DNA of 64,000 nucleotides, taken from the NCBI GenBank assembly GCA_964016885.1, contig OZ024765.1:14570001-14634000 (forward strand), in the 5' to 3' direction. The stretch's first letter is position 1. Every line of letters starts with the position of its first letter. The notes beneath the pieces were generated by a model that was not told the origin of the DNA, ran no database searches, and saw only the letters and a list, made by a program, of their open reading frames with translations. This DNA comes from Eledone cirrhosa. Lineage: Eukaryota. A program made the translations under genes and the position numbers. This document shows positions 47,489-63,807 of this stretch, piece after piece.

Positions 47489-47770
47489 ATACTTGGGGAT
47501 GTGCAACGAAAGATTTATGATAAACTATATATATGTGTTTATGTGTATATTGTATCTGTATTATTTTTGACCGTCGGTCAGTCAATGGCAACATTGAGGA
47601 CCGAGTAAGTTAGATTACCGACATAAAAGACACAGAAGCGAGAAGCGAAAACCAACCAAACAGTGAGTGTGTTCTGTTATTAATTCTGGCAATATTACAC
47701 AAATATGACCCTCCCCAAGTATAACTATATTTGTTTCGACACACGATTTCATATAAAAAACCTCGCAAAA

Positions 47771-47772
<2 letters not shown>
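47484..47772 (+). mobile_element. Family A2 with short inverted terminus
   Basis: TTGTTATACTTGGGGA ... TCCCCAAGTATAAC. Confidence 0.65.
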
Positions 47773-47805
<33 letters not shown>

Positions 47806-47859
47806 GTATATATATATATATATATACGTACATAAATTATTAAAAAAATAATGAATAAA

Positions 47860-47990
47860 CAAAGAAGCAGTTCCTTATATTAAAACAATTCATTATTTCA
47901 CGATCGTTTCTAGGATATATATGTGTTAGAGTTGGTATGCATATTCTATAGATCTATGTACAATATTTATACAAACTATCAGAGGGAATA
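47860..47990 (-). mobile_element. Family O degenerate HHR element (related copy at 49495-49670)
   Basis: CTGATA.....GAAACGATCGT in both copies. Confidence 0.5.
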
Positions 47991-48039
47991 TACATACCTA
48001 CACATATATATGCTTTCTATATATACGTATATATATATA

Positions 48040-48572
48040 TAGTGAAAGAATGTAGAGTAACATGGTTGGCTGTACAACAAGGGGCTTTATTTCAGGTATT
48101 AATAATTGTTTCATTGATCAGGTGAGTCTAGAGGCCGCTAGTCGCTCTAAGTGGATTGATTACCTATAACGATAACTTGTTATTGCATATATGTATGTAT
48201 ATATATATATATATATATATGAAAAGTAAGTCCTTCATCAGTGGCCTTCCAACCGTCCTAGGCATTTCATCGCTTTAAAGGCCATATACCTCAGGTTGGT
48301 GCGAACAACGGCTAAAAAAAGTCGTTGGGACACGTAAATAAAGGGGACGCTAGGGTGAACAAACAAAATGGTTTAAGCAACAGAAAGTGAGAAGAAAGAG
48401 ACAAGTCCCAGATTTCTATGAATATAAACTCGGTGAAATCGTGAACGAGAGAATAAAGACCATCAAACCTGGTTGAAATGTGAGCAAGGAAGGAATTTCG
48501 CACAGGTCTAACGGGAGGAAGAAGAAGGGGTCTGGTCTGCGAATTCGGTAAACATAAGTTCTGTGAAGTCGC

Positions 48573-48642
<70 letters not shown>

Positions 48643-48800
48643 CAATTCATACCAGCTTTGCCAAGAGCGCGCGAGAAAAGAAATCGGACAGGTCAAACGG
48701 GAAGAAAGAGGAGGAGAGAGGAGGAGGAGGAGAGGTAGTGACAGAGAATGAGTGAGTGAAAGTTGAGGAAGAGGCTAACAGAGAGAGAGACTGCTAGAAA
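48040..48800 (-). mobile_element. Two further PLE-like fragments
   Basis: GAAACAATTATT plus AATAAA (about 48085-48111), and CTGATGAAGGAC truncated by (TA)n (48230-48241). Confidence 0.4.
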
Positions 48801-48825
48801 GGGTAAATATACAAATATATATAAG

Positions 48826-49251
48826 TTATTGCGGGTTCAATCGAAGGTAACAACAGTAAGTTAGGTACTCAATACATAGCAGAGTATAAATGTTTTAATA
48901 TAGTAAAGCTTCTACAGGACTAGAACTGTTTCATTCGTGAGAAATCATCAGGAGCTTCCTGATGATTTCTCACGAGTGAAACAGTTGTAGTCCTGTAGAA
49001 GATTTTCGATATTTATATATATATATATAGTTTTAATATAGATGAGATTCTACAGGACTAGAACTGTTTCATTCATTAGAAATCATCAGGAATCTGGGTA
49101 TTTATTTTTTGATACCCAGATTCCTGATGATTTCTAATGAATGAAACAGTTCTAGTCCTGTAGAATCTCATCTATATTAAAACTATTATACTCTGCTATG
49201 TATTGAGTACCTTACTTACTGTGGTTACCTCCGATTCAACCCGGAATAACG
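48826..49251. mobile_element. Two adjacent family C fold-backs; intact HHR at 49118-49168 (+) and mirror
   Basis: Arms 49030-49100 and 49113-49184 are identical. 6-bp stem I, 4-bp stem III, GUA^ site. A further fragment lies at 50105-50165. Confidence 0.9.
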
Positions 49252-49304
49252 TATATATATATATATATATATATAATAGATATAAATTTAACAACGATAA
49301 TAAT

Positions 49305-49490
49305 AATTGTTTCTGCTTTTGGCACAAGGCCAGCAATTACCCCAGTGTATTACTGGTACTTTATTTTATCGACCCCCGTAAGGATGAAAGGCAAAGTTAA
49401 CCTCGGCGGGATTTGAACTCAGACTGTAAAGGGACGTAACTATGCTAGAAAGCATGGTGTCCAACCCTCTACCGATACTGCCAATTCACC
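49305..49490 (-). mobile_element. tRNA-derived SINE (fragment also at 49785-49860, +)
   Basis: Reverse complement of the 39040 family. Confidence 0.8.
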
Positions 49491-49666
49491 AATGAAGGTA
49501 AGTTAATCTACATATTCATTTCATTGATTTACGATCGTTTCGGAGGTTTGATCATATTGATATATTGACAGATCTATAGCAGTTAGAGAACTCTATATTA
49601 TCAGACATAAAGTACACCTAACTCCAGTATATACCCTACCACGAAAGGTAGAACACATATTAAACG

Positions 49667-49712
<46 letters not shown>

Positions 49713-50279
49713 AACACATTATTCCGGCAATCGAAAGATGTATGTTCGTGTCCCATGTACGTCAATACTCATCATTATTTCCATTACGGGGTCGATAAAA
49801 TAAAGTACGAGTAATGCACTGGGTAATTGTTGGTCTTGTGCCAAAAGTAGAAACAATTATTTCCATTCAGAGGGTTTTTTTTTAAATCCGAACATACATA
49901 CTAATTCTATTTGGTCAAATACGGCGTAAGCACATGTTACTACCTAATTTTCAAATTCGCTATCAGTTTATGTACAAAGCCTGCTTTGTGTCGCCCTATT
50001 TATACACACACATACACAAACAGAGACACACAGACACACAGACGCACACACACATATGATTCAATTGGGCCTAACGAAAGTAACTAAGGTACAATGCAAG
50101 TCGGATTTCCTGATGATTTCCTGTGAATGAAAGAGTTCTAGTCCTGTAGAAGACAATTCTATACTAAATTCATTATATATATATAAAGGAACGATCGACT
50201 TTCGTCAAATCGGACCGAGGGAACAATGTTTCCGTTGGTCTTTCCAATTGCTAATACTATCTATCGGTCGCAACTCCAG

Positions 50280-50402
50280 GTAGAAGGAGCAACGTGAAAT
50301 AAAGTGTCTTGCTCAAGGACATAACGCATCGCCTGGTCCAGGAATCGAACTCACAACCTTACGATTGCGAATCCAATTCTCTAACCACTCAGCCACACGC
50401 CT
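50280..50402 (-). mobile_element. CORE-type SINE head
   Basis: A box TGGCTGAGTGG, B box GAGTTCGATTCC, CORE-like TGTCCTTGAGCAAGACACTT. Confidence 0.8.
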
Positions 50403-50572
50403 ATATATATGTATATATATATATATATGATATATATGTACGTACTACACACACACACACACTTATATATATATACTCTCTCCTGTTTGCCAAAATGTTA
50501 TCTGGTCAGGCTGAATCATAGAAAATATATTTGGTTCGCTTCCAAAACTTACCTACTTTCCTATTTATGATC

Positions 50573-51015
50573 ATGTATGTATGTATGTATGTATGTATGT
50601 ATGTATGTATGTATGTATGTATGTATGTATGTATGTATGTATGTATGTATGTATGTATGTATGTATGTATGTATGTATGTATGTATGTATGTATGTATGT
50701 ATGTATGTATGTATGTATGTATGTATGTATGTATGTATGTATGTATGTATGTATGTATGTATGTATGTATGTATGTATGTATGTATGTATGTATGTATGT
50801 ATGTATGTATGTATGTATGTATGTATGTATGTATGTATGTATGTATGTATGTATGTATGTATGTATGTATGTATGTATGTATGTATGTATGTATGTATGT
50901 ATGTATGTATGTATGTATGTATGTATGTATGTATGTATGTATGTATGTATGTATGTATGTATGTATGTATGTATGTATGTATGTATGTATGTATGTATGT
51001 ATGTATGTATGTATG

Positions 51016-51044
<29 letters not shown>
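50573..51044. repeat. Perfect (ATGT)n of about 470 bp
   Basis: Direct reading. Confidence 0.95.
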
Positions 51045-51046
<2 letters not shown>

Positions 51047-52185
51047 TGGTATCCAATGATGTTGACTTGTTCTTCTTTTTGGTAAATATCATCTTGGTTA
51101 AGAGAGTGGGACTGGCTTTGTGCAGTGCCTTTGCTCACTATAAAAGCTTCACGGCACAGGCATTGCTTTATATCTGGAGATCTCTCTGCACTTGTCGTCA
51201 CATGGTACCATGGGCGCAGCACTATGTGTCAGTAATTGTCACAAGTGTAGTGTTTGTACCAGAGTTTTCAAGTCGCTGGCTGGACTAAAAAGTCACACTC
51301 GTTCAGCGCATCGGTAGGGGTTCTCCTACATGGATATAAAGTAGTGGCCGTACTCGAAAACGAGTTGGCAGCCACCATGTATGTATGTATGTATGTATGT
51401 ATGTATGTATGTATGTATGTATGTATGTATGTATGTATGTATGTATGTATGTATGTATGTATGTATGTATGTATGTATGTATGTATGTATGTATGTATGT
51501 ATGTATGTATGTATGTATGTATGTATGTATGTATGTATGTATGTATGTATGTGTCATGGTCGGGTCGTTGGCGACTAAACTGGCAACCCCATCAAGGTTT
51601 CTTGGTGAGGAGGGTGACTTTGGACATCCTGCAGGACTAAAAACAAAACCTGTCAAAGGGCAAAGGAGCTCTTAAGTGTCAATGGCCATCCAAAATCACT
51701 GGGAGAGATGACCCCTTAGCCTTTGTCAAGGCAGAATTCTAGGAGAAGGAAAACTCTGATATAACACCTGCAACCCTGATGGTATCCAATGATGTTGACT
51801 AGTTCTTCTTTTTGGTAAATATCATCTTGGTTAAGAGAGTGGGACTGGCTTTGTGCAGTGCCTTTGCTCACTATAAAAGCTTCACGGCACAGGCATTGCT
51901 TTATATCTGGAGATCTCTCCGCACTTGTCGTCACATGGTACCATGGGCCCAACACTATGTGTCAATAGTTGTCACAAGTGTAGTGTTTGAACCAGAGTTT
52001 TCAAGTCGCTGGCTGGACTAAAAAGTCACACTCGTTCAGCGCATCGGTAGGGGTTCTCCTACATGGATATAAAGTAGTGGTCGTACTCGAAAACGAGTTG
52101 GCAGCCACCATGTATGTATGTATGTATGTATGTATGTATGTATGTATGTATGTATGTATGTATGTATGTATGTATGTATGTATGT
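51045..52185 (+). mobile_element. Two head-to-tail 5'-truncated copies of an RTE-derived non-autonomous element with (ATGT)n tails
   Basis: Both end CTCGAAAACGAGTTGGCAGCCACC(ATGT)n; RTE-5'UTR-like AGGAGAAGGAAAACTCTG. Confidence 0.7.
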
Positions 52186-52202
52186 ATATATATACATATA
52201 TG

Positions 52203-52234
<32 letters not shown>

Positions 52235-52589
52235 TCAGTTATGTATGTATGTACATATATATATATATATATATATATGTACATACATACATAACTGACA
52301 AACACACATATATATATAAGTGTGTGTGTTTATATATACACACACACTTATATATGTGTGTGTGTGTGTGCTGAGTTGCTGCAATGCGTTTGAAGGTGTA
52401 TAAGCGATATTATATATGAGTGTGTGTTTGTATGATGTCAACCTATCCATGTGTGTGAGTGTGTGTGTATTGCGAGTGAGTGTGTTCGTCTACCATCCAC
52501 GTGTCAATGTGAGTGTATATGTGTGTGAGTGTATGTATGTATTTGTGTAACTGTGTGTGTATGTGTGTGTGTGTTAGTGTACGTTTGTA

Positions 52590-53400
52590 TGTCGGGTCAC
52601 TCTTGAGTGCTACTGGTAACATATAACCCAGTACAACTTGTCGCATGGTCGGGTCGTCGGCGACTAAACCGGCAACCCCACCAAGATGGTCAGGAGGGTG
52701 ATTTGGGACACCCTGCAGGACAAAAAACAAAACCTGACAAAGGGCGGAGGAACTCATAAGAGTCAACGGCCATCCAAAAGTGTGTAAATATGTATATACA
52801 CATGTACATATGTATGTATATGTATATGTGTATATATATATGGGTGCATGTGTATGTATATGCGCGGGGTTATAGAAATAGTCGGCCAGGACACCCGATC
52901 GCTCGGTTAAACCACTGGGAGTGAAGGACCCCTAGGCTTTCTCAGGGCATTCTTCTAGGAGAAGGCAGCTCAGGAAACTGGGATAACTCCGATATATAAC
53001 CTGCGGCTCAGTAGTTACCGATGATGTTGCTCTTTTCTTCTTTTCGGGTTATAGCTACTGTCGCTCAGAGAGTGGGTTTGACTCAGTGCACAGTCTTTCC
53101 TCACTTTAACAAATATCTTCATGCACAGGCATTGCACGATAGAATTTATTAATTGTTTCTACTTTTGGCACAAGGCCAGCAATTCCCCCAGTGCATTACT
53201 GGTACTTTTATTTTATCGACCCCGTAAGGATGAAAGGCAGAGTTAACCTGGGTGGGATTTGAACTCAGAATGGCAAGGGCCGTAACTCTATGCGTTGAAT
53301 CATGGCGTCCGACACTCTACCGATACTGCCAATTGATAATTATTAATAATGGTATAACGTGCAATGGCCATATTCGATAACGAGGGGGGCAGTCATCATG
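52590..53400 (+). mobile_element. Diverged relative of the same element with a nested SINE (53150-53336, -)
   Basis: Homology to 54587-55197; the empty-site version is at 44025-44150. Confidence 0.65.
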
Positions 53401-53941
53401 TATGTATGTGTGTAAGTGTGTGTGTATGTGTATGTTTGTATGTGTTGGTGTGTATATATATGAGAGTGTACGTATGTGTGTATGTAAGTATGAGTTTGTA
53501 CATGTCTATGAGTGTATGTACGTATGTATGAGTGCGTACTTGTGTGTCTGTATGTGTATGAGTGTGTGTGTTTGTGTGTGTGAAAGTGTGTGTGTGTGTG
53601 TGTAACCGTGTGAGTGTATGTATGTGTGAGTGAGTACATGTATGTCTGTATGCGTATGAGTGTATGTATGCTAGCGTGCGCGTATGTGTGCGTGTATGTG
53701 TGTGAGAGAAGCAGCCAATAACCACAGTTAATCGAAGGATCAATGAGATGAAGAGAAAGGATTATTTACATGTGTGGGGGTGGAAGGGAGGGATAGGGGG
53801 AGGGTGTTAGTAATGGAGAGTTCGTATCTCAGTGTTGAGGATTGTGGTGATTGGGTTAACTGTGGTGCTATACACACACACACATATATATACATATATA
53901 TATATATACATATATATATATACATATCTGTATCCTACGTA

Positions 53942-54576
<635 letters not shown>

Positions 54577-54586
54577 ATACATATAT

Positions 54587-55197
54587 GGTGTCAGGTCACC
54601 AGTTGGTGCTACTGGTAACATGTATCCCAGTACAACCTGTCCCATGGTCGGGTCGTTGGCGACTAAACTGGCAACCACACCAAGGTTTCTTGGTGAGGAG
54701 GGTGGCTTTGGACATCCTGCAGGACTAAAAACAAAACCTGTCAAAGGGCAAAGGAGCCCTTAAGAGTCAATGGCCATCCAAAATCACCAGGAGAGATGAC
54801 CCCTTAGCCTTTGTCAAGGCAGAATTCTAGGAGAAGGAAAACTCTGATATAACACCTGCAACCCTGATGGTATCCAATGATGTTGACTTGTTCTTCTTTT
54901 TGGTAAACATCATCTTGGTTAAGAGAGTGGGACTGGCTTTGTGCAGTGCCTTTACTCACTATAAATGCTTCACGGCACAGGCATTGCTTTATATCTGGAG
55001 ATCTCTCTGCACTTGTCGTCACATGGTACCATGGGCCCAGCACTATGTGTCAATGATTGTCACAAGTCTAGTGTTTGTACCAGAGTTTTCAAGTCGCTGG
55101 CTGAACTAAAAAGTAACACTCGTCAGCGCATCGGTAGGGGTTCTCCTACATGGATATAAAGTAGTGGCCGTACTCGAAAACGAGTTGGCAGCCACCA
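54587..55197 (+). mobile_element. Longest copy of the RTE-derived non-autonomous element (about 610 bp)
   Basis: Near-identical to 51553-52109, with an extra 5' end. Confidence 0.7.
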
Positions 55198-55233
55198 TAT
55201 ATATATATATGTAAGTATATAGATATATATAGT

Positions 55234-55267
<34 letters not shown>

Positions 55268-55686
55268 CATATTCACCAAGACACCCTCCACCACCACCAC
55301 CATCAACATCCCACCACCACCACCACCACCACCACCATCATATATCAATATATTTAACTATAAGAATTCTTCTCGAACTTTCAAACATGTTCCAAAGATA
55401 CTCTTCAGGCAAAACTACCGTCAGTGATACTCTAGTGTGATGGAGGGAATTGTGTCTTCTACCTCTCTCTCCCTCCCCCTCTCTCTCTATCTATCTATCT
55501 CTCCTTCTCTTTCTCTCGCATTCTCTTAATCTCGCTACATCATTATTTGCTCTCCTCACTCTCTGTATATATATATATATATATCCACCACCCCACTCTC
55601 AAGAGCGTGAAACTAATAAACCTTTGTTCGTACTGCCTCTCTGTTTTGTACGCGTTCAACTTTTTACTATATATATATATATATAC

Positions 55687-55719
<33 letters not shown>

Positions 55720-55846
55720 CATATATATATACATATATATATATATACATATATATATACATATATATATACATATATATATACATATATATATACATAT
55801 ATACATATATATATACATATATATATATATATACATATATATATAC

Positions 55847-55877
<31 letters not shown>

Positions 55878-56151
55878 CATATATATATATATACATATAT
55901 ATATACATATATATATACATATATATATATACATATATATATATACATATATATATATACATATATATATATACATATATATATATACATATATATATAT
56001 ACATATATATATACATATATATATACATATATATGTATAGGTATATATAATTATACAAATATATATATATATATATATGTTGTGAAGGTGTGCATTCTTT
56101 CCCGCCTCGCTCTTGCTATATACATGTAATATACACACACGCACACACGTG

Positions 56152-56241
<90 letters not shown>

Positions 56242-56252
56242 TATATATGTAT

Positions 56253-56294
<42 letters not shown>

Positions 56295-56411
56295 GCATAC
56301 ACACATATACATATACATACATACACAATTGTGTAGAAGGTTTTATAGCCGCTGGGGTGTATAACATGATGTTGCACTCACGCGTATATACACACACACA
56401 CATACATTATA

Positions 56412-56467
<56 letters not shown>

Positions 56468-56588
56468 TAAATATATACATATACATATATATAAATATAT
56501 ATATATACACATATATATAAATATATATATATACACATATATATAAATATATATATATATATAAATATATATATATACATATATATAA

Positions 56589-56619
<31 letters not shown>

Positions 56620-56666
56620 CACATATATATATATATATAAATATATATATATACATATATACACAT

Positions 56667-56743
<77 letters not shown>

Positions 56744-56762
56744 AATATATATATATATAAAT

Positions 56763-56793
<31 letters not shown>

Positions 56794-57117
56794 AATATAA
56801 ATATATATAAATATAAATATATATAAATATATATATATAAATATATATATATACACATATGTATAAATATATATATATATGAAAATATATATATACACAC
56901 ATATATATAAATATATATAAAGAGAGAGAGAGACTATATAGATAGATACTTAGATGCCATAACAAGATGAAAGGATGCTTAAGGCATTTAAGAAGTACTT
57001 AGATTAATATTTCCTTTTTACATTTACTTCTCTCTCTCTCTTTTTCTTTTTCTGACCTTTCCTTTTCCCTTCGTTTTTAAGTTAACCACGTATGCATAGG
57101 CCCCCACCTCCGAACAG

Positions 57118-57161
<44 letters not shown>

Positions 57162-57165
57162 GTAC

Positions 57166-57196
<31 letters not shown>

Positions 57197-57400
57197 GCGT
57201 ACTATAAATATATATATATATACATATATATATATACGTACTATAAATATATATATATATACATATATATATATACGTACTATAAATATATATATATATG
57301 TTTATATATATATATACGTGTATATATATGTGTGTGTGTGTGTGTGTGTGAATACATATATATATATATATATATATAATAAATATATATATTTATATAT

Positions 57401-57432
<32 letters not shown>

Positions 57433-57482
57433 TAACTTATGTATACAGTATATATACATACATACTATAAATGTATATATAC

Positions 57483-57541
<59 letters not shown>

Positions 57542-57619
57542 CTTATGTATACAGTATATATACATACATACTATAAATGTATATATACGTTTATATATAT
57601 ATATATATACGTACTATAA

Positions 57620-57650
<31 letters not shown>

Positions 57651-57695
57651 CGTACTATAAATATATATATATATATGTTTATATATATATACGTG

Positions 57696-57729
<34 letters not shown>

Positions 57730-57730
57730 A

Positions 57731-57764
<34 letters not shown>

Positions 57765-57781
57765 AATATATATATTTATAT

Positions 57782-57816
<35 letters not shown>

Positions 57817-57817
57817 G

Positions 57818-57855
<38 letters not shown>

Positions 57856-58192
57856 ACTTATGTATACACTATATATACATACATACTATAAATGTATATA
57901 TACGTTTATATATATATATATATATATATACACTCACAAATATATATATGTGGATGTCTAATTTATATATATCCAATTACAGCTGTAAAAATGCCATTAT
58001 AGATGCTTGTGTGCATGCATATATAAGATTACATGGCGTATTTTCTCATACTATTACACATCTAATGAAATGTTTGGTTCTACCGTCTGCATGATTTGTT
58101 TTCAGGCCTTACTTGGTATATAGGCAGGTATATATATGTGGAAAAACTTCGATCACACACATCCTCTTGCCTGCCAGCTTCTTATATATATG

Positions 58193-58367
<175 letters not shown>

Positions 58368-58408
58368 GTATATGTATATATATATGTATATATATATATA
58401 TGTAAATG

Positions 58409-58439
<31 letters not shown>

Positions 58440-58466
58440 GTATATATATATATGTATATATATATG

Positions 58467-58567
<101 letters not shown>

Positions 58568-58580
58568 GTATATATATATG

Positions 58581-58629
<49 letters not shown>

Positions 58630-58706
58630 GTATATATATATGTATATATATGTATATGTATATATATATGTATATATATATGTATATATATATGTATATA
58701 TATATG

Positions 58707-58741
<35 letters not shown>

Positions 58742-58872
58742 GTATATATATATGTATATATATATGTATATATATATGTATATATATATGTATATATATA
58801 TATATATGTATATATATATGTATATATATATATATGTATATATATATGTATATATATATGTATATATATATG

Positions 58873-58929
<57 letters not shown>

Positions 58930-59065
58930 GTTTATATATATATATGTATATTTATATATATAGGTATATATATATATATATACATATATGTATATATATA
59001 TTTATATATATAGGTATATATATATATATACATATATGTATATATATATAGGTATATATATATAC

Positions 59066-59096
<31 letters not shown>

Positions 59097-59157
59097 TATA
59101 TATATAGGTATATATATATACATATATGTATATATATATATATATTTATATATATAC

Positions 59158-59188
<31 letters not shown>

Positions 59189-59214
59189 TATATATATAGG
59201 TATATATATATACA

Positions 59215-59258
<44 letters not shown>

Positions 59259-59593
59259 GGTATATATATATATACAAATATGTATATATATATTTATATA
59301 CATAGGTATATATATATATACAAATATGTATATATATATTTATATACATAGGTATATATATATATACATATATGTATATATATATTTATATATATAGGTA
59401 TATATATATATACATATATATATATATGTATTTATATATACATATATATATGTATATATATATATACGTATATATATAGGTATATATATATATATATATA
59501 GGTATATATATATATATATATAGGTATATATATATATATATATATATATAGGTATATATATATATATATAGAGAGAGGTATATATATATATAT

Positions 59594-59990
59594 AGAAAGG
59601 ATGAATATAAAATGACAAGTGCTTTGTTAAAAAAGGAATTTATTAGGTATTGACATATGTTTCTGTAACAGACCGAATACCTATGTATCGCTGCTTGCGT
59701 TTATCCAAAATCTCTGAAGAAGTGACAACTGATTATACATTTGCTCTCGAATACTTGCTAACATTATATGATTACGCAAGCAGCGATACATAGGTATTCG
59801 GTCTGTTACAGAAACATATGTCAATACCTAATAAATTCCTTTTTTAACAAAAGCACTTTCATTTTATATTCATCCTTTCTACATTTCTCCGGAATATAAT
59901 TTATACTCGTTGAGCAAACCTGCACGTACGCTGTTCATCTCTAACGTAACGATATATTATCACTACATTATTGATAACCTGAAATTTTAT
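59594..59990 (+). mobile_element. Family U fold-back with long-stem-II HHR-like motif (59714-59826)
   Basis: Arms 59594-59700 and 59774-59881. CTGAAGAA-GTGACA...TGTTAC-A-GAAA-CATATG-TC, then AATAAA. Stem I is poor. Confidence 0.7.
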
Positions 59991-59992
59991 AT

Positions 59993-60040
<48 letters not shown>

Positions 60041-60144
60041 CATATATATATGTATTTATATATACATATATATATGTATATATATACATATATATATATG
60101 TATATGTATATATATATATGTATATATACATATATATATGTATA

Positions 60145-60177
<33 letters not shown>

Positions 60178-60266
60178 TTATATATACATATATATATGTA
60201 TATATATACATATATATATATGTATATGTATATATATATATGTATATATACATATATATATGTATA

Positions 60267-60362
<96 letters not shown>

Positions 60363-60402
60363 TATATATATATATTCATATATATATATATATACATATA
60401 TG

Positions 60403-60433
<31 letters not shown>

Positions 60434-60819
60434 TCATATATATATACATATATATATACACATATATATGTACATATATACACATATATATATATGTATA
60501 TATATATATGTATATATATATATACATATATATATACATATATATATATACATATATATACATATATATATATATATACATATATATACATATATACATA
60601 TATATACATATATCCATATATATACATATATATACATATATACATATATATACATATATATACATATATATATATATACATGTATATATATACATATACA
60701 TGTATATATATACATATACATGTATATATATACATATACATGTATATATATACATATATACATGTATATATATACATATATATACATATATATACATATA
60801 CATATTATATATATATAAA

Positions 60820-61040
60820 ATGAAATATATGAGATGTGAGAAAAACCACAGAACCTCCATCTCAATTCTACTTTGAAAAGCAAGAACTGCGAAACCGGTA
60901 AAGGAACCTAATAAATATATATTTTTATAAAATAAGACTCCAGTTGCATTTTTGATTTCATCTTTTTTCCTCATACTATCACTCGTGTAGGACACCTCGT
61001 TTTTTATTCATTTTGTAAAAAAAACCTCACTTTCTAATAT
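60820..61040 (+). mobile_element. Family F copy
   Basis: HHR at 60871-60903. Confidence 0.75.
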
Positions 61041-61060
61041 TATATATATACATATATATA

Positions 61061-61171
61061 TAACGAAGGAAATGTGGTAAGGAACCAGGTGGACCATAAC
61101 GCACCAAAATACTCGAAACGGCTTGAGCTCAGCCGTCGGGGTCCTACTCGTTCCTATTACACACTCTACTA

Positions 61172-61174
<3 letters not shown>
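61061..61174. mobile_element. Family B with internal inversion
   Basis: Tail on - (61061-61113) joined to GAAACGGC...GTC on +. Confidence 0.7.
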
Positions 61175-61250
<76 letters not shown>

Positions 61251-61313
61251 TATACGTATGTGTGTGTGTGTGTCTTTTACGTAGAAATCGTGCAAAACAA
61301 TTTCAAAAACGAA

Positions 61314-61344
<31 letters not shown>

Positions 61345-61347
<3 letters not shown>

Positions 61348-61968
61348 GAGGAGGTTATAGGTCACTTGAAGCATTGTGTAATGAGGTATAAACGTTTGTA
61401 TATGTATAATAAAGGGAAAACAATGGAAGTATGGACATAGAATAAAGAATGCAAATGCAAAAGATATTGTTGATAATTAGTCTTTTACCTTAGATTTATT
61501 CAAATGTCCTTAATTTTCGAGATAATATCTCTTCTTCGGAGGGAAGTAAAGCGGTTAAACCAGTGTTCTAAATAGCTTGCCAAGTCATGCTGACAGGAAA
61601 TGGTATAGAGTATCTGTTCTATCTCTAAAAAAAAATCCTTTTAAAGCGAGACTACTCTTTATCCACCTAACCTTAACTCTTTGACATTAGAGATAGAACA
61701 GATACTCTATACCAATTTCCTGTCAGCATGACTTGGCAAGGTATTTAGAACACTGGTTTAACCGCTTTACTTCCCTCCGAAGAAGACATATTATCTCGAA
61801 AATTAAGGACATTTAAATAAATCTAAGATAAAAGACTAATTGTCAACAATAGTTTTGCATTTGTATTCTTTATTCTATGTCCATACCTGGATTGTTTTGG
61901 CTTTATTATACATATACAAACGTTTATACCTCATTACACAATGCTTTAAGTGAACTATAACTTCCTCC

Positions 61969-61970
<2 letters not shown>
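61345..61970. mobile_element. Family I fold-back (arms of about 280 bp) with CCGAAGA-variant HHR at 61774-61808 (+) and 61508-61542 (-)
   Basis: CCT-CCGAAGA-A-GAGAT/ATCTC-GAAA-AT-TA^AGG; loop about 61628-61687. Confidence 0.8.
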
Positions 61971-62043
<73 letters not shown>

Positions 62044-62358
62044 ATATACGTATATATGTATATATATACATATATATACATATATATACATATATATATA
62101 TATAAACATATACGTACATATGTATATATATACATATATATATATATATAAACATATACGTACATATGTATATATATACATATATATACATATATATATA
62201 TATAAACATATACGTATATATGTATATATATATACATATATATACATATATATATATATATAAACATATACGTATATATGTATATATATACATATGTATA
62301 TATATATATATATATATATATTTACATATATATATATATTTACATATATAAATACATA

Positions 62359-62391
<33 letters not shown>

Positions 62392-62408
62392 TTACATATA
62401 TAAAATAC

Positions 62409-62440
<32 letters not shown>

Positions 62441-62584
62441 TTACATATATAAACACACATATATATATATACATATATATATATATTTACATATATAAAC
62501 ACATATATATATACATATATATATATATTTACATATATAAACACATATATATATACATATATATATATATACATATATAAACAC

Positions 62585-62616
<32 letters not shown>

Positions 62617-62662
62617 TTACATATATAAACACATATATATATATATATACATATATAAACAC

Positions 62663-62693
<31 letters not shown>

Positions 62694-62698
62694 CTTAC

Positions 62699-62729
<31 letters not shown>

Positions 62730-62746
62730 CTTACATATATAAACAC

Positions 62747-62777
<31 letters not shown>

Positions 62778-62794
62778 CTTACATATATAAACAC

Positions 62795-62825
<31 letters not shown>

Positions 62826-62842
62826 CTTACATATATAAACAC

Positions 62843-62873
<31 letters not shown>

Positions 62874-62952
62874 CTTACATATATAAACACACATATATAT
62901 ATATATACATATATATATATACTTACATATATAAACACACATATATATATAC

Positions 62953-63080
<128 letters not shown>

Positions 63081-63093
63081 CATATATATATAC

Positions 63094-63140
<47 letters not shown>

Positions 63141-63153
63141 CATATATATATAC

Positions 63154-63184
<31 letters not shown>

Positions 63185-63197
63185 CATATATATATAC

Positions 63198-63270
<73 letters not shown>

Positions 63271-63313
63271 CATATATACATATATATATATATATACATA
63301 TATATATTTACAC

Positions 63314-63376
<63 letters not shown>

Positions 63377-63381
63377 CATAT

Positions 63382-63412
<31 letters not shown>

Positions 63413-63480
63413 TACATATATATATATATTTACATATATATATATATATATATATTTACATATATATATATATTTACATA

Positions 63481-63525
<45 letters not shown>

Positions 63526-63737
63526 TCCGTGTGTGCCTCACTGTATGTGCGTATATGTCAGTGTATGTGTGAGTAGGTGTAGAAGTCTTTGTTGCGCGCA
63601 TGTCTACACATGCAAGTGATTATCTGTTATCTCATCGCATGTAACTGACAGATTTCCTTTGTTCATACATAGATACATACTTATAAATATATATATATAT
63701 ATATATATGCATACACAGACACATACACACACACACA

Positions 63738-63807
<70 letters not shown>

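Noticed and set aside
49189-49210. ACTC...GAGT motif as a twister ribozyme or SECIS
   Set aside because: Lacks the twister L4 and pseudoknot residues and the SECIS AUGA/GA quartet with apical AA.
50290-50402. tRNA gene
   Set aside because: A and B boxes are followed by a CORE-like domain, so this is a SINE head and not a full cloverleaf.
54595-54720. HDV-like ribozyme at the 5' end of the RTE-derived element
   Set aside because: A P1-like GGTCACC/GGTGRCT pairing exists, but I could not place P3/L3 or P1.1.
55397-55441. P-loop-like SGKTT peptide
   Set aside because: No upstream Gly of GxxxxGKT, an immediate stop, and no good exon borders.
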